Shown one piece after another: positions 52,548 through 64,000 of a DNA stretch of 64,000 nucleotides (positions are counted from its first letter, which is position 1; every line of letters starts with the position of its first letter). A model generated the notes under the pieces. That model saw nothing but the letters and a program-made list of their open reading frames with translations, was not told the origin of the DNA and ran no database searches. The position numbers were made by a program, and so were the translations under genes. Source of the DNA: Epiperipatus broadwayi (lineage: Eukaryota; Animalia; Onychophora); contig JAQFVV010000004.1 of the NCBI GenBank assembly GCA_028023455.1, positions 4,898,001 to 4,962,000 on the forward strand, read 5' to 3'.

Positions 52548-54155
52548 AGCAAAACTTTATTGAATCTAAAAGGTTATGGAGTCACATCTAGTAATGTATT
52601 GATTTTTGTTGCATTTGCAAAACAAATTACAACTATATAAGGAGACCAATTAAAACATCTTTTCAGTACACATGTCTTTATCATTTCTCCATGCTCTTTT
52701 GTTTGTTTTAGAATCTGGTTTTCTATTTAGTTCAGGTTATGCTTGCATCTCTTTAAAGTTGAAAATTTATAATATTGAAAGTGTCACCTTCTATCATATT
52801 GAACATATATTTCATAGACTGGATCTTGGTTTCAAGTGTGACCACATGGCTTCAAACACATCTGGTTGAGCTAGGATGCTGTCGCTTATTCTGAACAATT
52901 CTAGTTTTATTGAGTATGTTGCTGGGTGTCATTGAGGATTATTAGCAAGGCAAAGGTGCATCTGGTACACCAGTAGGCATAAAGGTTGTATGTTGCTGCA
53001 TGAATAGCAGGGATGTTGCCTTTTTAAATGTATTTATTATTTCATCAATTGAAATATTATCTTTTCTGTATGTGGTAAACATTGTGCAAAGTATTGTTTC
53101 CAATGCAGTGCAGGAATGATGGAAATTATCCTGTGTCTCTTCTTCTCTATGACATAATCCACAAAGGGTGTCTATATTTGTATAGAATCTACAAAAATCT
53201 AAGGAAATGTGTTGTGGGTAGAGCATTTAAATTAAACTTAAGCAGAAATCAAATAATTTTGGTTCTAGTGACTACTTTCTGAATTGTTGCAGTAGTTGCC
53301 TGTTGTCTATCCCAAGAGCTGATGAATATAGATTAGGTATCGGGTTTGGGTTTAGGATATTATAAATGTTCCAGTATGTATACTTGTTGTCATTATTGAG
53401 TGATATTTTGTTATATATTGACTTGAGTTATTCAATCAGGGTGGAAATCTTTTTATGGTGGCTGTTAATAGATTTATTGGTTTCTGTGTGTAAAAAACAT
53501 TGATTGTATGGAGTCTGAGTCCATTGCTAAATGGCAGTCTGCTCATGTTTTTTAAAGAGATTGCCATTGTCTTTCTCTTCTATATTAGTTTGTTATAGAT
53601 TGATGAGATTTTAGATATGAATGTTTTAGAAAATTTGATTATAGGTGTGTAGTAGGTAATTTTTGTAATTATAATTTGATTATATGGTTCTAGCTTCATG
53701 TATATTGATAGGCATGACTTTTCAAGTGAGGTTGTGATTTTTTTCAGCATCTTTCTTTAATTTATTTTGAATTTTTTGCCTCATTCCATTGGTGCCAAGG
53801 TAGAATGGAAAACCAAGGAAATCAGTTGGTTTGTCAATAAACATCTCTGTAACTTGCCTGTATATATTGACCACTTTTATTTGTGTTAATTTTTAAATTA
53901 AAATTTGAGTTATAATTCTTGATTATCTCTTGTAATATGGGGAGATTCTTTTTAGAGGGGAGGAAAACAGTTACATCATCCATATAGACTATGCATGATA
54001 TTTTTAAACCAGTGTTTGGGATTTGAATATCTTTATTTTTTTCTGTATCTCTGTTAATAGAGGATTTATATAGTGTGGAGAGCAAAGCACTGAGGAGAGA
54101 TCCTTGTGGGATGGATTGACTCAGTCTGAAGCTAGTGATTTTTTCCCATTCAGTG
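52548..54155 (-). mobile_element. L1/Tx1-type LINE ORF2 3' part, 5'-truncated
   Basis: IPQGSLLSALL, YMDD at 53975-53986, LKINTNKS, C-terminal CGLCHREEETQDNFHHSC; AATAAA at ~52557-52562 then (CAT)n(AAT)n(AAC)n on the minus strand. Confidence 0.85.
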
Positions 54156-54156
54156 T

Positions 54157-54337
<181 letters not shown>

Positions 54338-55417
54338 TATGGCTTGAGAGTTTAAGTATTAGAAATAACAGACACAACTGGAGTTATGCTCCATGGATTT
54401 GAACTTCAGAATTCATTACAGGATAAACTCTTTTCTTATAATACCTATTGCACTGCTATTCAATCTAAGATATACTTACAGTGGTAGATATCTAAAGTAG
54501 TACATAATATGTATTTTTAAAATTAAAACATTGTTAAATTATTAAAAGAAATTAAACTTTAAATGTATTATAATGGATGCAGATTATGTAATTTTATTTT
54601 GAAAGCTTGCCCTATATTGTACAATTTTATTTCATTTATAGTAAATTGAACGCATGCACCAGTAATATAATTGGGTGTAGTCGTTAAAAATAAATTATAC
54701 ACAAATAAAAAATAAAGCCTACAATTGATATATGGTTTTATATTAACCTATGTAAAGGACTCAAAAATTAACAGTTGCTAGAATTTATTGCCAGCCGAGC
54801 AATATAAAAATGAAAAAGAAATCTTGGTTTGTCAAACCTGAGTTGAACTATTGTTCTCTGCTTTAGTTCTTGGTAGAACCGATCATGTAACTGATTTATC
54901 TAAGTTTTTATGTCAAATGACTTATTAGAAGTAACAGCAAATATTTTTTTGATATGATTTTATAAAATTGTAATTTCTCTATCATTAGTTTTGTAAATTT
55001 GTTGTTTAAAATATATTTTTATTAAATATTGGCATTTTATTTATTAATAATAATAATAAATAGTCACTTATAAACAAGTATAATCATTCTAACTTTAAAA
55101 AAAAAAAAGAAAGGCAAAACTACTCTGGAAGTGAGTTTTGCAATGGCTAATCAATAAAGTTAACCACAAATACATTCACCTATAAAGTTAGTGCTCTATT
55201 TTTCCTATTTACTTAATTTTTTCAGCAGAAAACTTTTTTTTAATATTTCAATACCACCTAATTGTAGTTTTCCATTGCATTATATTCTTTTCCTTGTCTT
55301 CCCAAAGAAACAATTAACATTGCAATTATAATCCTTATAATGTAGGTAGGTCTACCTAATTCATTTTATGTATCCAATTTAGTGAAGGAGTATGTCATTT
55401 TACAATAGTGGATTCTA

Positions 55418-55972
55418 AATATAGGGGACTTGAACTCAGACTTTCAAGCAACCTTCAACTATCCACACTATCTTATACTACTGATACACATTACCACACA
55501 CTTTTAGAAAAGATTAATAATCACCAATATACATATTTAGTACAAGTATAATATATATACTGAACTTGAGATGTAATTAAGGGAAATTTGAATACAGACT
55601 TCAATCTCCCTTCAGCTATTCATTCCATCTTATATAACCAATACACATAAACTCATACATATGAAAAAGATCAATGATCTCCAATATGGTCCAGACCATC
55701 ATGAATGGTTGAAGAGTTGGAGGGTAGAGAAGATTGAAACATGTCCATTGAAGTTTGAAGATTTGCTATCTTAATATAAACTGAGCACTAACTATATATA
55801 TATGTTTGTGTGTTGATGATGATGATCTGGATCGATGAGTGCTGGTTCAGTGTAAAATACATATATTGGAGATCATTTATCTATTTCACATGCATGTGGT
55901 CATCTGTATTAATTATATAAGATGGAGTGGATAACTGAAGAGAGCTTGAAAGTCTGTGTTCAAATCCCCTCT
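55418..55972. mobile_element. ~460-bp family composite (two minus partial units plus one plus unit), 14-bp TSD
   Basis: TSD aatagtggattcta at 55404-55417 and 55973-55986; internal inversion junction at ~55687. Confidence 0.8.
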
Positions 55973-56039
55973 AATAGTGGATTCTATAACATCACATTTA
56001 GAAAATTGAACAACATATTGACTGGTTCTATGATCTTAC

Positions 56040-56560
56040 CATTGTACCCTTAAAATATCTTTTTAATAAAACTTTTCTAATGCCTTTATTATTGCACCAA
56101 TAGGGTCATTCCAAGGAATAAATTAATTAAAATAACAGCTCTACACAACTAACTTAGCTGCAGTAATTATTTCCCTATAATTAAATACTTGTTAAAAGCA
56201 GAAACAACACAATGGTTTCCGTGTTGCACTTCAATATCTTGCCTAAAATTTTTCTCATCACTGGCAGATCAAGGACTTGAAGTTTTTTTGAGCATTAATT
56301 AATAAACCAAAGTTTTTATATGTTGCATTCAAAACATTAAATACATTCCGTAAATCATTATTTGGACTCACAAAAATAGTACATCGTCAACATATGTTAA
56401 TCCAAAATCCAAGAAGTTCTTGTTTGTGCCTTATTAATATTATTTTTTTAATGGCATCCAGAAAAGTCAATTGTTTTTGCACATACCAGAATATTCTCTT
56501 AATAAACCCAAAAGATGTGTAACCCGTTGGGTCATCTTCTTCATCATTTAAGCTAGCTTA
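56040..56560 (-). mobile_element. Old LINE RT remnant
   Basis: YVDD at 56383-56394 followed (after a frameshift) by NDLRNVFNVLNATYKNFGLLINAQK, fitting the L...GL.IN..K RT pattern. Confidence 0.6.
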
Positions 56561-56620
56561 TAATTCAAAAGAAAATATAAGGAATACAAAACAAAATAAA
56601 AGATTGCAGGCTAAAGAAAA

Positions 56621-56700
56621 AAAATTTTTTTTATATGTCAAGAACCCGGGCCAGCTGCTTGGAAGGCAGCTATGCTAACCACTAGGCCACCAACGCTTGA
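56621..56700 (-). mobile_element. tRNA-Gly(TCC)-derived SINE copy 3, closest to the parent tRNA, 3' part deleted
   Basis: Reverse complement gcgttggtggcctagtggttagcatagctgccttccaagcagctggcccgggttc (TCC anticodon kept); A-tail; TSD caggctaaagaaaa. Confidence 0.9.
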
Positions 56701-57550
56701 CAGGCTAAAGAAAATTTTAAAAAAAAAAATACAAAAGTAAGAGGAAAAAAAAGTAACTTTACGTAGTTTAGATAATTCAATAAAGGTATGCAAAAAAATA
56801 AGAAATGTTAAATGGGCTCAGAAGATTTTAAATCACCAATATGTGTAAATATAAATAGATTGAAAAACGCGCGCACACTAACAACACAAATTATGTCTAT
56901 CATATTTTCTGTGGTCAAATACTTTATAAGAATCAGCTGTGTATTCAATATGTATACACACACACATGTAAATACCAAATTAAAAATTTTAAGAAATCCA
57001 GTATAGTCAAATGATGAAATTATATAGTCACGTGGTTATTTAAATAAGGTGTTATCTCTTATTGCTAGCAGCCATATTTTGATGAGTTCATTGTCAACAA
57101 TTGACTTGGTGTTAATAGAAGATCATGGCTTGGAGCAATTCAGCACTCAGATCTACTACCTAATTAACTCAAAATTCTGTCAAAATTCTTGCTACATTTT
57201 TATGGGCTTCTCTGTTAAGATTCGTATTTTTATATGCAATCAAAATGATAAAAAGAAAGTATCTGTAATTTAAATTGATGCTATAATGGTTTAAAGTGAA
57301 TATAAAAAAAAATAAAAGGAAATAAACTGAGTGTTACGAGATCTGGGGATATTGATCTTAATTAGACAATCTACCTCTAAAATTGCTGTTTCTTTTTCTT
57401 TCCCCAATAAAGGTATTAAAATTTTATTACAATCTGAAGATGGAATTAATTTTCTAGAAGCTATTTCTTTTTTGTTTCATGTGGCTAAAATATTCTGCAC
57501 ACACACACGCACATATACATATATCAGAAAAAAGGGTTCATGGTATTGTT

Positions 57551-57631
57551 GTTTTTTCGTGTATCAAAGCATCGGCCGGGACAACTGCTTGTAAGGCGGC
57601 TGTGCTGACCACTCGGCCACCAATGCTTGAC
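57551..57631 (-). mobile_element. tRNA-Gly-derived SINE copy 4 (T-loop/B-box deleted between two cccgg repeats)
   Basis: 15-bp TSD gttcatggtattgtt. Confidence 0.9.
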
Positions 57632-58506
57632 GTTCATGGTATTGTTTGGTATTATTTAGTTGTACACTGCTTTTATGTATTTATATATATTATGCATAAG
57701 ACAATATAATATTTGTATTTTTTAAAAAATGACATAAAAGGGGAATTATTATTGTTTATTATTTGATAATTATCATATTTTCATTTGAAGTACTTATTAT
57801 GTAATGGTTTGTGTATTAATTTGTAATGCTTGAGATTCAACACGTAAAAGATACTTGAAAGTTTCCTTAAATAAATTAACATTTTATTCGCCCTGTATGT
57901 TTTGACGCAGTTGGTAGACTTGGATCGGGAGGTCTCAGGATCGACTCTGGCATTCGAACTTCTTATAAATTCCCCTAGCAATTAAAGGCATTAGCCGATA
58001 GATTTTCTTCAAGTAGCTAATCTATAACTATAAATATCAAACAAAAAAAAATCAAGTAAATCCAATAATCATCTGAATCAGTCAGATGTCAAAAAATAAA
58101 ATACAACTGAAATATGATACCAAAAATTTTTATATTATGCTTATTGTTAAAAGTTAACAGCAATTCACAATTGAGTATACTAATAATGATCTTTAACTTT
58201 TTTTATTTAGAATCACTATACAAACTACATTATTTGGGTCATATTAGAATGATTAAAAATGGTTCGGTCAAAATTTTATAGACAAGTTGAAACCTAGCTT
58301 CATAAGGAATTGTCTAATATTTCTTTATGCATTTTTTCAAACGTAATACTTCAATCTTATATAGAATTTAGGCAATTCTTTGTGCAAATAGGAAGCCTTA
58401 AAAAAACTCTTCAAAAAGAATGTTATTAAGAATGAAAATCATTTGATCATTTTCAGAGATAATTTGTCACAGGTTTACAAAAATTCTTCCAAATTATTTC
58501 ATAGTT

Positions 58507-58625
58507 GTCAAGCGTTGTTAGCCGGGACGTCAGCGCAACTGCCTCGCAAGCAAGCAGTTGGTTGCAGACGGTTGTTGCGGATTCGCCTCCCGGCTGATGT
58601 TATGACATATAGAAGAGAAAAAAAA
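58507..58625 (+). mobile_element. tRNA-Gly-derived SINE copy 5
   Basis: 12-bp TSD tatttcatagtt; A-rich tail. Confidence 0.9.
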
Positions 58626-60902
58626 TATTTCATAGTTCTCAATATTAACATACAGACTGCTAACTGCAAGTTAACTTGCAGTAAATGGATTTTGTCAAAA
58701 AAACCAATTCACAAATATTTTATAGTTTATTATATTTTTTAAAAAGAATTGCTTATAAGAACTAAATTTAGATATATTTCTAGAAAATATGATTGAACTT
58801 AAGAAGCAGCTGTAGGGGATCAACTCATCATTTCTATGAGTTGGATTCAAATCTGAATTTGTGATTTTTTTCAGGTTCTAACTAAGATTTTTTTTTTTGC
58901 AATTAGCCACTCATAGCCAAGTGATTGAACCCATATAGTATTAATTGGTAAGTAAGTATCTAGCTGTTCTTAACTGTAGTTAAGTAAGGGGTGGAAGAAA
59001 TGCTCAAACTTACACCATCCAGAAGTGAATAAGACTGGGTAATATAATAATATCTTCTTTTTCATTGTTTCGTTATGCTTAAATGTTATTGTATCTACCT
59101 ACTAATATATATATATTTATATGAATTGTTTGCACAAAAAACTTATTCCTAAAAATGAAAACTAAAGAATATAATCTAACAAACCAATATTTTATCATTT
59201 TATAGAAAAACCATTAAATGCTTTACACTTTTTGTCTATTATTTCATTAAAAAATCATGTAACTTTTTTTTTATTTACTCAATTCATGTCACTGCATATA
59301 TCTTCTATTTCAAAACTGTCTTATTGCTTCTTCTTTTTTAAATAAAACTTTATTTATCTGCTGTATTTTTGATCTGTGAATATCTAAAACGGAATGAGTG
59401 CAATTTTCTATCAAATGATTTGGCAACAATTTCAACCATATTCAGAACTGAATACAATAATTTAGAAGACTACTTGCAATAATTATCATTTGGCAAATAA
59501 TGAATTGAACATAATCTAAAGAAAATAATGCAATAATGTAAATGAAAATGAAAGTTATATTCTAAGTAAGCAAATCCAAAGTTAGGATTTCATATTAGAT
59601 TTCTTCAAAATGGTAAAAAAAAAAAACCAAATATATGTAATAATGCAGCAAACCAAGTATGTTTATCTTATATATAAAATCTGTATTTTCTTTTTTGACT
59701 GATTGGGGAATGAATGTTTGTCCGATGACTTCACAACCACTACGTTTATGCAGAGGAAGTAATTCTACCATTAAATAAAATATGCTGGGGAAAAAAATCA
59801 GTGTGAGTGTTTTAATTATAGAGATATAGTATATATTTTGCAGTAAAGTTTCCTAACTAGCTGCAGAAATAGTCACAAATGCCAATTATGTAATTCGATA
59901 GTAAGGCACTCTGTGCTTTCATGGTTTATAAATTCCCTAATAATGTTCAGATGAATGACATACTTAGCAATATTTAATAATAAAAAAACATATTTACATC
60001 AAATTTTAAAAAAAATGTTAAAGCAACCAATTTTAAAAATTATTACAAATATTATATTTAGTAAAACAATATTACAAAAGTGATGGTCATTTTTGTATCT
60101 TGACATTAAGAAATGATAACTATTAAGATTGACAGGATGCTATCAAAAAAAACATTTATTCAGAAGGCACTCCAGTAAATATCAAATATAACTGGTATAG
60201 TTAAAAATGTAAATTTTAATTTAGTTTTATTAAAATTCAGAAATTTATTTACATAATTTTTAAATGTTTTGTTTAATTCACATTAAATCTTAAAATAAAT
60301 TCTTAAAGCCAGCAATTATTACAAAAATGACGATCTTCACCATTAAAAAACTGCTCGGAAAAAAGTGTTTTTAACTACAGAGGTATAGCATTTAAATCAT
60401 GATGAAAATATGATTACAGTGCACAAATTCATGTTTTCAATGTGATATTTAGTTAGAAAAAAAATGTAGGTGTTATAGTAACATATTTTCATTTAGTTTT
60501 GATTAGCTTATTATTACTTTTTTGCAAAGAATTAATAAAAAACACTCAGAAAAAATCAGCATGGCTTCATTTCTCACATTTAATATATAATATTAAAATC
60601 ATTTGTTTAATTTACATTAAACCTCAAAAAAATTGTTAAAGCAAGCAATTTAAAAAAAAAAACACTGGACTTTACATAGGCTGGTGCAGTCTGGTTTAAT
60701 TATAAAATTTGTAGTAATTATAAATTTTTTAAGTGCATATACATTATGTAAATAAGATTTTATTAATCTTTACATTTTTCAGGCACATACACTTGAGGTT
60801 CACAGCCTTAATAAAATTTGTAGGTGGATTATTTCTATGTGTGTATCACTGTTAACAGGTGAGTTTAGTTAGATTATTAAAACTTATACAAAACATCTGA
60901 AA

Positions 60903-60983
<81 letters not shown>
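60903..60983. repeat. (ATT)n(GAT)n microsatellite
   Basis: Directly visible. Confidence 0.95.
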
Positions 60984-60984
<1 letters not shown>

Positions 60985-63649
60985 CTTTAAAATTCTTTTT
61001 GGTTAAACATAAAATCTGGACAGAGATTGCATAGCATTATGATTACTACACTTATCTTCAAACCCATAACATGCCATTAAAACTGAAGTGAAATTTGAAT
61101 AATTTCTCAAGTCCTAAGCAAGTATTAAAATTTTTTTCAGATTCTTAGTCAGTATGAATAGTTATCCAATTAGTGCTTGGTAAATTAGAATAAAATGAAA
61201 AAAGTGACACCAATATTGGACTAGTTTGACAAAAAATATATTCTTTCAGATATTCTATAAAATGTCTTTTCTTTATAAAAGCTACTTAAAAATTGGTTGT
61301 AAATTCAATATGATTTTTCCAAGCATTTTTAAAGCAAATTTTAGCTATGATATAACCAGGTTAACAACCAATCAAAAATTGGCAATACAAACTGAAATTA
61401 AACCATCTAATAATGGTATATGTCAAAATCTAACACCTTTAAATGAAAAATGTAATCTTTTTTACCTTATTAACCTAGATTATATAAAGATTGTAAATCA
61501 CATGTAAATATTTCACATCTATGAAAACTAGAAATGTCACAACTTCTAGTTTCATGCATATCAAGTTTCTATGTTTAACTACAACTCATATAATCTAGGC
61601 TAATAAGCTAAAAGCAATTTTATTTTTGCTTTAAAGATGGTCAGACAAATACTATCACTAGGTGGCATGATTTCAATTTGCAGTGTTAGTTTTTAAATTG
61701 ATATTTTGCTTTATTAAATCATATCTAAAATTTATCTAGAAAAGTTATCTGCAATTTATTTAACCTTCTATTTAATTTACTAGCACAGTAACTTGTATGT
61801 AATTTTAATGAAAAGAGAATCCAATAAAATATTGCTGAGTTATTAAAACAACATTACAGCACATGTGTATAAGGTGTAATTTTCTTCTGATTAAAATTAT
61901 AATTTTATTTTAAAGTTCATGAAAATATTCTAATTATTATATATAAGTTTTTACATAGAGGCTTATTATTGTGAAAATATTTAAAATATTTGTTCCATTC
62001 CAATTTTCACATATGTAAGTACTTATGTCCGACTTACAACTGATATGTAATTTTACGGTTGTAAACCAAAGTAATTACACTTTTGGTTTAAAAGTGGAGC
62101 AACCAATTTCTATTACTAGAGGGCATCAAAATCACCTTTTAGTTGATTGTTTGTCTGGTTACATTAAACATGAAATTTATCTAGAAAAATACATGGAAAA
62201 AAATCTTGTTAAATATACAATAATTACATTTTAAAGTCTGTGAAAATCTTTTATTTAAATATATATATATATACGCACAATTCAAGTATATTTGTAATGA
62301 AAAATTATTTATTTAATTTCTATCACTTTTAAATTATTAAAAAGTATATCACTTTATATATTAATATATTTTCTGTTTAGTAGCAACAAAAGGACCAGGA
62401 AGTAATGATTCAATAACATAATTTCCATATCCTTAAAGTACCATAGACTAATGAAAATTTAAATTAATATTAAACCAGAATTTCATAATTTTTTTCCACC
62501 TGAATGCAAAGTTTTTTGCCCCCCCCTAAATTATTTTGAAAATCTATCACGCAAAAAATATGGAAACATATAAAATAAAAATTAAAAAATTAGACATTTA
62601 CAATTCCAATGCTTAAAAATTTATTGTTTTTGCTTTCATATATGAAATTTTTTTTACAATATTTTCCAAATATGGTTGAACATAAAATATTTTTATTAAT
62701 TTTAATTTAGAGAAATATCTCTTCCTTTAAATAATTGTTAACGGCTTTGCTAGATATGGCTATTGTTAAATTTAGAAACCATGTTTAAATGTGACAAAAG
62801 TCAAATAATCTCATAATTTCTAACTGTTAAAGTGAGAAAATTAAAATGTTATTTTATTTGATAACATGGGGAAAAACTTTATGCATAAAGTGTTACGCAG
62901 TCTGTGTTATTACTGCAGCAAGTGTTAATGCTGTCAGAAGGTTTATTAATGTTTAAACAATGAATTAGTTTATTCGTAATGAATATTGTCATCATAAGCA
63001 ATTTATTATACAGTGAACCCATTTGGACAAGGTAATAAGATAATATTAAATAGTAAAATAATTTTATTATTTTTATGGTCCTATAAATTTTCTGTCCTCT
63101 AAATTGGGCTGCCTGATTGCTTTGCACATTTTGCACCTATTATATTAAACAATTGTATTAACTATTAATTTTAATGACTATACACATTTGCTATGTGATT
63201 CATAATATGGTGCATTCACCTTCTATGCTCTATAACCTGAGTTTGAATCCAGACTGCTAAACTTGAAAGTAATTTCAGGTTATTTTCAATCTTACTATTT
63301 TTATGGGGATATCCCTTAATTAATTCTACCATCCAAATATTAATCAAAAAATACGTACCTAGCTATTTTTAGCAAAAGAGTAAAAAGCCATGACCAGTGG
63401 TGAGTGATACCTTCTCTTTCACTGGTTCCTCTTCCAGAGATCATGGTTATGATGGTATATATAAAGGCTGCTTTATCCTTATATTTATCACATGAAACAT
63501 TTATGTTTAATCTCATACAGCATCTTTATAATCAAAAAATTAAAATGTTAGCAATTAGCATATTTTTTACATTGTTTTCTTATGGTAATATTAATGCCAG
63601 CTTTAAAAAAAAAAGGATTAGTGATTAAAGTTAGTTTCCTTGTTTTCTT

Positions 63650-63751
63650 TTTTTTTAATGTGTCATAGCATTGGCCGGGAAATGAACCCGCTAATCCAGG
63701 ACAACTGTTTGTAAGGCAGTCACGCAGATAACTCAACCACCAACACTTGAC
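63650..63751 (-). mobile_element. tRNA-Gly-derived SINE copy 6
   Basis: TSD agtttcct(t)gttttctt at 63633-63649 and 63752-63767; poly(A) on the minus strand. Confidence 0.9.
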
Positions 63752-64000
63752 AGTTTCCTGTTTTCTTGTTTTATGATTTCTATTTTAGGAAAAAGAAAAA
63801 GAAAAAATGAATTACTAAAACAATTAATCAATTTTCTTTTGGAGTCCAAAATAATAAACTTAGAAAAATAATAGAGAAATGCTATTTTGACAGCAGGATA
63901 TTAATTTATTTTAAATAACTCGGCCTTTCTTTCAATATGTCAACATTTTTGTCTGTGTTTCTGTTAGGATTTCCACATTTTTGAATCCTTAACAATGAAA

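Noticed and set aside
55935-55954. CTGAAGA-GAGCTT-GAAA hammerhead-like string
   Set aside because: Sister copies read CTGTAGG, no GUH triplet and no stem I; probably chance.
56484-56553. Apparent 70-nt AG/GT-bounded host exon (SLNDEEDDPTGYTSFGFIKRIF)
   Set aside because: The frame reads on past the donor towards a YVDD RT motif; better explained as a LINE remnant.
56646-56698. Functional tRNA-Gly(TCC) gene
   Set aside because: 3' T-arm and acceptor strand missing; has an A-tail and TSD, so it is a SINE copy.
57890-57960. tRNA/SINE-like head (gacgcagttggtagac...ggatcgactc)
   Set aside because: No cloverleaf, tail or TSD; too degenerate to report.
62879-63628. Short ORFs and possible splice sites near the window end
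   Set aside because: No coherent exon chain or recognisable protein.

Overview
Very AT-rich eukaryotic (probably invertebrate animal) non-genic DNA made largely of decayed and nested mobile elements; no host gene, rRNA, intact tRNA gene or CRISPR array is supported. All motif matches and alignments were made by eye. Contents: a decayed Ty3/Gypsy gag-pol (1-3110); Penelope-like (PLE) remnants and fold-back insertions carrying 8 minimal type-I hammerhead ribozyme-like motifs; three RTE LINE copies; several L1/Tx1-type pieces including an ORF1-only candidate; two hAT transposons with 8-bp TSDs; six tRNA-Gly(TCC)-derived SINEs with long TSDs; a 5.7-kb branched palindrome; a ~460-bp TSD-flanked repeat family; and microsatellites. 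The top observation is a 2.7-kb LTR element (577-bp LTRs, PBS, PPT, 5-bp TSD) with no pol, in which the Gag zinc knuckles run in frame into a segment closely resembling host golgin GM130/GOLGA2, i.e. a candidate gag-host gene fusion by transduction. Second is a recurring architecture of palindromic, TSD-flanked, hammerhead-bearing PLE derivatives.
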